Assembly (NCBI GenBank): GCA_900617105.1
Contig: UYFQ01000619.1
Span: 1-39,017 of the forward strand
DNA length: 39,017 nucleotides
Source: Hydrurus foetidus
Lineage: Eukaryota
Reading direction: 5' to 3'
In this document: positions 31,701 through 39,017 of the stretch, piece by piece
Layout: each line of letters starts with the position of its first letter
Numbering within the stretch: position 1 is the first letter of the stretch
Position numbers and translations under genes: made by a program
Notes under the pieces: model-generated
Seen by the model: only the letters and a program-made list of their open reading frames with translations
The model's database searches: none
What the model was told of the DNA's origin: nothing

Positions 31701-32374
31701 TTGGAAGCTGGAGAATACCTAATCTTACCGACTAGTACCGGTTGCAAACTCATGAACGTACGTACAACAAGTACTATTTTCTATCGTTGTACGTTTATCT
31801 CAAAATTGTCTTGAATCTTCGTAATGTTATTGAGGTATAGTTAGTGAACTCACAGAAAAACCAATTTTTTGTACGTACAGAAACCCGGACAAACGCACAA
31901 AGCGGGTGTAGTAGTGCATTCATCCGCTCCACACACGATGGTGAAGAAACCGTATAATGAAGATGCGTATGACAATGCCGTCGAACTTCCGATCATGATG
32001 TTCGGAACTGCAAAAGAAATCATGCCAGGTAACACACACACACGCACACACACACACACACATACACATTCAAACGCAAAATCCTAAAATTACCGCCGTT
32101 CTCAAAATGAAATTGAACCACAGGAAAAATAACAATGTACACGCGCAAAGCTGGCTTTAACGGAGTGTCCTATGTCATCAAGAACACACACACGGAGACA
32201 CTCAAATTCACGATGGACTGTTCTAAAGGCAAGAATATTGTGTCACATCGCGGCACACTCTCATACACCGCTGTGCTTGAACCTGGTCAGGAAGAAGTAG
32301 TGCACCACATCATGCCTGACGACACTATGAAGGGGTGGCAGTCGGGACATTCAGCAGAATTGGAATGGTGCTGA
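28705..32374 (+). CDS. Calpain-family cysteine protease (multi-exon, ~8 exons)
   Basis: Catalytic triad motifs QGSLGDCW (~29590-29615), GHAY, IRNPWG; LLEKAYAK, FWMSFEDF; domain III; GT-AG introns. Confidence 0.92.
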
Positions 32375-33503
32375 TCTTCATCGGAGTGTTCTGATGAATT
32401 GAATTCGTTCTTTTTCTTTTTGAAAAAGAACCATCCGATCTGGTCGTACGTACGTGATCCTTACCGTACATCATACAACATACATCAAGATATGTACATA
32501 GTAAATGCATCACAACATATACATCATAGTATGTACATCATGTTATATACATCACATCACACGTCAATAAATGCATCATTAAGTTTCAGTAACATTATAC
32601 CGCACAGTCCGGCCGTAAAGTACGGCTGTCAGTCCTCACCGCTGACAGTCACCTTTACGTCAGCTAAACTGCACGTCATCATATACACCCATCAAATAAT
32701 CTGAATTACTATCAAATTTATTTTTAGTGATATCCTCATGTCGTGTTGAGATTTTTCAAATTTACGGTATCGGTGAAATTCCATTATTTTGCGGAAGTCT
32801 TTGAATTGCGATAGAACGGTGTACTTATCGCAAACTTCATTTTTATTTCCATTTTTGATAATTGTGATGCTCTAGTGCATAGAAGTGAGAAGAGTTAACT
32901 GTGTTCAGTAGTGTAGGTAGAGTAGATATCGATACATCAATCCTATCACGACTGACAGTGGCGGACAGAAACGCAGACGAACACACATACAGAAGAATAT
33001 TCTAGGATTCACTCAAGTAACTTTTCCTACCTTTCCTTCACCATTTATTCAATTTTTTCACTTTTATGGAGAAACGAGGGTCATCCGGTGTCAACAAAAA
33101 AAGAATGTTCTGAGTTGGGTCAACTAAAATGTTGTTCGTTATTTACACATTAGAAACATTCATTCAGTGACACATCAGTTCACAGATTGCGAGCTACTTT
33201 CTATACGGATTCGAGGTAATATGAATTCCTTGAAAGAGAACTAGAACTTAAAATTCCACTAAATGTCGGACTAACAAATAAAAAAGTTCGTGGACCTAGA
33301 TTCTGAAATCCGTGCGTTTCGACAGATATTAATTTATTTTCATTTTCTTCATCTGCTGTGCTATGTATCTAAATTGACCAGATACATTAGTCAAGAGCAT
33401 CTAACTGGAGTGGTTTAGTTTAGATGTCTCATTCGTCAGACGTGCAATAGATCGGTAGATCACGTACGATGTTCTTTCATCTCTTACTTTATTCAGTTGT
33501 TGG

Positions 33504-36500
33504 TTATTGAGGTTTCAGGATGTACGGTACCGTGACCATGAACAAAGTCTGCCATATGCACAGACCCATACGAGGGAGAATACCTAAAGAATAAAACATT
33601 TGAAATTTGAAATTGGAGAAGTCGATAGACAAAATGAGTGAGAAGTGTAGTGAAAATAAAAGAATATCTCTCACAGACACGATATGCTGATGCAGAACAG
33701 ATGATCATTTAACACTTAATTACATACGATGATTTACAAAAGGTGCCAAATCGCGTAGTACTGCATGGCATTGCGTTACAGACATTATCTAGTATAAAAT
33801 GAACACAAAACAAAACAATTTAATCCGCTTAGTTCCCGTCAAATGTGTTTCAAGATAATTACAGACATGGCCACTTGGTCACGGCAATAATCATATTTAT
33901 GTTTACCTTGAAAAAGCCCTTTGACTCCTGACTCCTTGACTATGTGTTTGCACGTCTGCACGATGTTCATGGATGGTAGACCTCTAGCCGCAGCGGCTTG
34001 AGCCTAGCAACAGATAGTCGTAGAATCGAATAGAGATCAAGATGTCAGCTAGGATGGCGTAAACAATCAGTTCAAAATGGATGTAATTAGATACAAAGAA
34101 ACGGTATAATGGACTCCAACAATTTAATTGAAGTTCCAGGAATCATGTGTGTTGCTGAACTGTGGGTCAGATTCCGTGTCTGTACTGTAACGTACTTTGT
34201 GTACGTACCTCTATTCTCATGACTTCGAAGGGCTGGTTCCAAGTAGACAACGCACCGCCTGGAAGTGTTTACGGTACGTGCGTGTTAGTATTTGTGATGT
34301 GTTTGTGTGTGATGGAGAGAGAATGTGATGTGTATGTGTGTGCGAGAGAGAATGTGATGTGTATGTGTGATGGAGAGAGAATGTGATGTGTGTGCGAGAA
34401 AGAGAATGTGATGTGTATGTGTGTGCGAGAGAGAGAGAGAGAGAGAGAGTGTGTGTGTGAGAGTTGCATCGTTGTTAACACGAAATCAGCGTGGAGATGA
34501 ATAGAACTATAAGCCCTACCACATCGTAAGTACGTACCTAATATTCCTGCCACCGCTTCTTCAGCTGCGCTTAGTCTAACTTGTTTCGTGTTCTGTACTC
34601 CGTTGCTGCCTACGTATCTGGACTTCAACAGCTCTCTCGTGAGATCTGTGAACCCTTGACGGGACGCCCAGTTGCTGCCTGCAGATGTGATAAAATGTTA
34701 ATGCGTATATGCATTGAACTAGTGTACTATACATTTGAATGATGTTATTATTGGTATTTGACTAGATGCGTATTAAATGAATTATTTGCATATCATTTTC
34801 TGTTCATGTCGGTGTAGATAGAGATGTGTTACACATAGTCACGTCTGTGCTAAGTTCCTCACTCTTGTCTTGTATAATCACACCTCAGACAACACAGCAA
34901 GCGCAACGCATTCGTTTAAGTGGTAGAGTTAGCATCCTATATACTTCTTCATCCTACGCGACTAGTAATTTTGAATGGACTACTTTATCGAATCTGTCTG
35001 ACTGTTGGTGAACTGCCAAATATAACGGGTAAGGGCCATTTCGGAAGCATGGAAATAATTTACTGCTTCACTCCGCATAATACAGAAAGTGGTCAATTCG
35101 ACAACTCTTGATCATCTATGTATACCTGGAACAGAAGGAAATGATACATCATGCACGGATTCAAGGTTGAGACAAAATGGTGATTCTCACAGTGCCCAGA
35201 GTCAATATCTGTCTCCAGTCCATATTTAGGACATTCTTCATCCTATTCCGGTAATACACAAAATTTGCTAGTTACCTTGTCTGAGCATCAGCGCCGTTCC
35301 ACCTCTGTAAAAGCCTCCTATGCCCTTTGACGCGTACGTGTCGGATATACACTGCATGGTAGATATCGATTTGTCGCCTACGGGATATTGAAAATGCAGA
35401 GAGGTCAGAGTACAGAATGTTGAAAATACAGAATAAAGAATTTTCGAAATACAGAATATTAGAAGTATTATCAGTTATCAATAAAAGTTGATTCCATCGA
35501 TTGCTTTAGATTAAAGTGTAAGGAGTATTCCTTTTGATTAATTTGATATGGGAAATCAATTTGATTACAGAATGTTCCTCAAATATAACAGAATGTTCTC
35601 AACGTCATGAATAATGATACTGGTAGAGAAATCAAATCACAGCTAATACATGCAGTAAATTGTAAGTCTCAAATACACGAGGATATCTAATCGGACAGCG
35701 TCCTAAAACGAGCAAGCAGGTGAAAAGTCAACAGAGTCAAGTGATGAAATGACATATCATGTCATACAATATCATAATAAAAAAATGATTTTATCATTGT
35801 TCAATCTTCACCTGTGACAGAGGCAGTGACGAGGAAGGTGCATGGGCCGAGCACGCTGACTTGAGCCACACCTCCTCCGAACCCACCTATCAGTCCAGAT
35901 GAAATGTCCGACAGCCCAGCGTTCTTGCAAACATTGATTATCGTTTCTTTAGAAAATAACAATATTCCTCCTGTGTTGTGTAGGGTAGAGAGAAAGTAGA
36001 GAAGAGCAGATTAGGCGTCAGAATCGGGATTCTAAATTATGTGTTTTGCTGCGATGAACATCTATTCGGTGTATCTAAAAATAAAGAAAGTCTTTTGAGT
36101 GGTAGAAAGAAATACCTTTTATGAAAGACTCCACTAACTTGGGCTGCCAGCCAGACCAGAACGCCTGTATTCCTCCCTTGCTGTATATTGTGCGGAAGGA
36201 CTGCATGGTAGTCTCCCCTCTATAAGTCCCCATGTGTGTTTTCCAGACCTCGAAAGGCATCCCGAAAGACATCGCCTCAGCGCTCTGAGTTATGATGTAG
36301 CGATAATAGAAATGTCATCAGGATTTGTGAGGTACTAAAACGATCATGTAAGAGATGGTCATGTGCAATTGGTTATGCTGCTGACTCATCCTACTGATAC
36401 ATGTTTAAAAATCAGTCACAGATCAGTAGGATGCGTTCGACGAGCTCTTAGGAATAGAAAATAAAACTGAGCTCGCATGAAAAAGATTTAACAGTGTGAA

Positions 36501-36783
36501 GTAGCTGATGTTGTAAGCACTCAAATTGATTATGTATACGAGGATCCAGATGTTATCTCAGCCAAGATTGTTATATATGTGTTCTGTGACGTCGATACAA
36601 GTTAAGCGCGATGAAAGTGATTCATCTGCGGTACTTAGTAGACCTAAACATGACGAAAGGTCTAGTACTACGAAAATCACAATTTGCGAATGTCTATGAT
36701 TGCTCATCGTCTATGGCAAGTACCTGTAAGAGTCCGCCATATACTAGATCCTTTGGATCGAAAGATGTTGCAGTTGGCGACAT
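33504..36783 (-). CDS. Mitochondrial carrier (SLC25) protein, YHM2-like citrate/oxoglutarate carrier; multi-exon
   Basis: Spliced peptides MSPTATSFDPKDLVYGGLLQ, GMPFEVWKT, GIGGFYRGGTALMLRQG-SNWASRQGF, STWNQPFEVMRIE, GLFQ-GILPRMGLCIWQTLFMV; Px[DE]xx[KR] signatures. Confidence 0.85.
34285..34462. repeat. Intronic compound minisatellite/microsatellite (AATGTGATGTGTATGTGTG/GA)
   Basis: Directly visible tandem units inside the carrier gene intron. Confidence 0.85.
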
Positions 36784-37569
36784 TATTGCCCAAGATTGCT
36801 GTAGCTCAACGAAAAGTGATCTGAACCTCTTTGAGAAAGGACTCAGTTGCTGCTTTTGCAATTACGAACTCGCCGTTGAAGGAGCTCGAAGATGTTCTTG
36901 ATGACACAGATAGCACTTCGGAGTTTGCACGCCCACAGTCGCAAATGGAATGTCCTGTCTAGTAATAGACTTCAAGTTTAGTTGAGTGCAATTATTCTAT
37001 GCTACGATGAGGTGGGTCTTGAAGAACGACGTTGAAATTTTCTGTTACTCTTTCGATGTCACGACGTCTTCGCTGAAAAAAATGTGGAGAAGAAGGAGGA
37101 GTTGGAAGAAAGAGAAAGAGTGCTCCCTCTCTCGAAATTATTACAGTACGGTACATTTCAATTTTTGAAAACGACTGATCCCCAAAGGGATGATATCATC
37201 TTGAATGTCGATAGGAAACAGTCTGGTCGAACTGATGGAAGAAGTTCAATAAGATGAAGTGAGTACACGCCAGTGAAATGAGGGGAAAAGAAGCAGCGCA
37301 AAAATAGCACCGGTCGCGGTTATCGGCCGATGAGCCAATACTGCATCTCGAAGACATTCAATTTAAGTAAGTAGCTCTGTAGTAAGTATCAAGTCGCGAT
37401 CAGTATCACAGCATCAGATGATTATTATAAAAGATACACGATTTTAAAAGTCGTTCAAAAGACGATAATACCTAAACAAAAAGCATGAATAGTGAGCCCC
37501 CTAAACGTATTGGAGCCCCCGAATAGTGATACATTACATTTGTATGTCATACGACATAATAGATTCTAC

Positions 37570-37955
37570 TAAATTTGACTTCAGGTTGGTCGCTAGATAG
37601 GACATTGCATTGCACTTGTGGGCTTGTAAGTTCTGAGGCATGAGTTGTGTCTTCTAGAACACCTCATAGCTCCTGCAATCGCGAGTTCTTGATGGCAGCA
37701 GCAACAACAACAACAAAGTTGTAATTGAAAGAGTTTGGCCTCACTTTTCGTTCAACTGCAACGATCTCGACTACAATGTCGCCCACTGCAATATATTTCG
37801 ATCCAGAGGACACCATACGTAACAAGCTGTTGAATGCGCTTGCCAAAGACGATGAGAAATCATAGACATTCGCAAATTGTGATGTCTCGTAGTAAAAGAA
37901 CTTTCGTCATGTTTTGGTCGGTGAAGTAACACAGATGGACTCCGTTCACAGCGAT
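37570..37955 (+). pseudogene. Diverged inverted duplicate of the carrier gene 5' region (36600-36985)
   Basis: Shared blocks, e.g. AATGTCGCC.ACTGCAA, TTTCGATCCA, ATCATAGACATTCGCAAATTGTGAT, CTTTCGTCATGTTT. Confidence 0.8.
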
Positions 37956-38188
37956 AAAAGCCGGATGATCAGAATGCAAGTATTCCTCACGTTCTTGTTG
38001 CGCCTACGGTTGTGTGCGATACAGCTCTGACTTTTAGTGGGGATGAATGAGTGTATAGTTGACGAGTACACACGAAACAAAACGATATGAGGCCATTAAA
38101 AGGCTGTTGAGCTCTGAGCAAGAGTAGAGACAATTCTGTGGCTGCTGCATCACAGAAATTCCAGTACCGATTAGGTGCAGGGAATCGA

Positions 38189-38834
38189 TCAGTTGTTCTT
38201 AAAGAATTTCATCGCCAGCCAGTTTATGTAGACAACAATGTACGTTGGCAACAAAAGAAGAGGAAATAGGTAGCAGAAATAGAAGTCTGCCTTGATGAAG
38301 TCCAAAATGAACACCCCGGTATCAGGCATAAGTTTTGATATAAAGGCAGCGTAGACGAAAGAGACCCCAAAGAAGATTGAAACAAAGATGAGCGTGTATG
38401 CGACGCACAGATTGGGTTGCATTGACATTTTACCGAAGTGACGTAATCCCAAGTTTTCGAATAGCATCTCCAGGTTGTCATCCTCAGGCACCATGATCGA
38501 GTCGGAGAACCTAACCGATGGCCACGATGTGAAAGGAATCCAAATGCCCAGCTTGTAAGCAAAGAGCGAAGATGAAGGTTGTCGGGCGATGAAAAGTGAA
38601 TTGTGCATGAAGTAGTCGCTTGTAACGTTAGGGATGTCAGCTGGAGTCTGGAGTATAAGCTCTTTGATCTTTGATTTGTTGAGAGAATTCGTGACGTCAA
38701 CATAGAGTTGGGCATGCATATTTTCCTTCTCTACGAAATGTTAGCATTAAATTTAAGCAGTTTATCGGAAACTATCCAAAGAGTTCTCCAGGTTCTCAGG
38801 AATTCGAGGGCAATGGGGTTATTGGCTCACCCAT
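38189..38834 (-). CDS. PIG-Y family (GPI-GlcNAc transferase subunit) domain protein with possible ~100-aa N-terminal extension
   Basis: C-terminal two-TM domain ISKLMP.TG..ILDFIK.D.YFC.L.P....NWLAMKFFKNN. Putative micro-exon ATGG (38834-38831) and intron 38830-38731 (GTGAG..GCTAAC..TAG). Confidence 0.7.
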
Positions 38835-39017
38835 AGTTTATAATTCTTATGTTGTATGATTGTTAATCTTATGTCATTCGATTATTAGCTTCTTCCATTG
38901 TCTTTTAGTACAACCCTTTTTAATGATTCAAGATGATTTGTAAAGCAACTATATCAATTCCTGTCATTAACGTCTATGGATTCTCTAGATTTACAACATC
39001 TCTATACTGCAGAGATT

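Noticed and set aside
32605..32671. Imperfect hairpin downstream of calpain
   Set aside because: Short and degenerate, no TSD or recognisable RNA structure.

Overview
Eukaryotic genomic window, most likely a photosynthetic ochrophyte/stramenopile (GT-AG introns, a bipartite plastid-targeted protein). The left ~28.5 kb is a nested transposon cluster. Copia element B (minus; 5' LTR 14495-14811) is interrupted inside its integrase by a young chromodomain Gypsy element (6742-12156, GGCC TSD) and by Copia element A (5' LTR 5730-6642), whose RT is fused in frame to the gag of another element. Next come a MITE, a hAT transposase remnant and a foldback MITE, then an NPPY adenine-methyltransferase gene and a plastid protein gene. 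A pogo-like DD39D DNA transposon (19656-28538) follows, with full-length Copia C (22218-28506, CTGAC TSD) inserted in its right TIR. The right end holds calpain, YHM2-like mitochondrial carrier and PIG-Y-like genes. Top finding: Copia B and C lack a tRNA primer-binding site. Instead, the 10-11 nt directly after the 5' LTR are perfectly complementary to an AGT-starting sequence inside their own LTR. This is the signature of Tf1-style self-primed reverse transcription, which I know only from Ty3/Gypsy elements.
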